This document shows, one piece after another, positions 63,964 through 64,000 of a DNA stretch of 64,000 bases. Under the pieces are notes generated by a model. It did not search any database. It saw only the letters and a list, made by a program, of their open reading frames with translations, and was not told the DNA's origin. The stretch comes from Squalus acanthias (Eukaryota), in assembly GCA_030390025.1 (NCBI GenBank), contig CM059432.1:63304001-63368000 (forward strand). The letters run 5' to 3'. The stretch's first letter is position 1. The number at the start of each line of letters is the position of its first letter. Position numbers and translations under genes: made by a program.

Positions 63964-64000
63964 CATATGCTTTGTTAACCACTCTCTCAATATGTCCTGC

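Larger units (their letters stand above)
61812..64000 (-). mobile_element. CR1 3' part, split by two Harbinger MITEs
   Basis: GILGFINRGIEYKSREV...ALERVQRRFTRM...RLRGDLIEVYK; 3' UTR and tail at ~61812. Confidence 0.88.

Overview
Vertebrate, repeat-saturated intergenic or intronic DNA. It is most likely from a cartilaginous fish, inferred from a full-length SacSINE1/DeuSINE-type SINE and shark-type CR1 and Penelope elements. No host protein-coding gene could be identified with confidence; nearly all long ORFs are decayed transposon genes. Dominant structure: four decayed two-gene PIF/Harbinger DNA transposons (11260-16450, 21009-24989, 35378-45442, 53420-58799). Each has short TIRs, a 3-bp TSD and a convergent pair of genes: a DDE transposase and a 3-exon Myb/SANT-like partner. 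At least seven non-autonomous Harbinger-type MITEs accompany them. The window also holds many nested CR1 and L2 LINEs, one near-complete APE-RT LINE, one Mag-type Gypsy LTR element, Penelope-like fragments carrying five minimal hammerhead ribozyme motifs, a Tigger-like MITE, a foldback element, SINEs and two 24-bp minisatellites. Most notable: conserved AT-hook and RRSTR motifs in the Harbinger partner proteins, non-canonical Harbinger TSDs, the hammerheads, and a Harbinger promoter segment copied onto the 5' end of a nearby LINE. All coordinates were read by eye and may be off by a few bases; family names come from motif recognition, not database searches.
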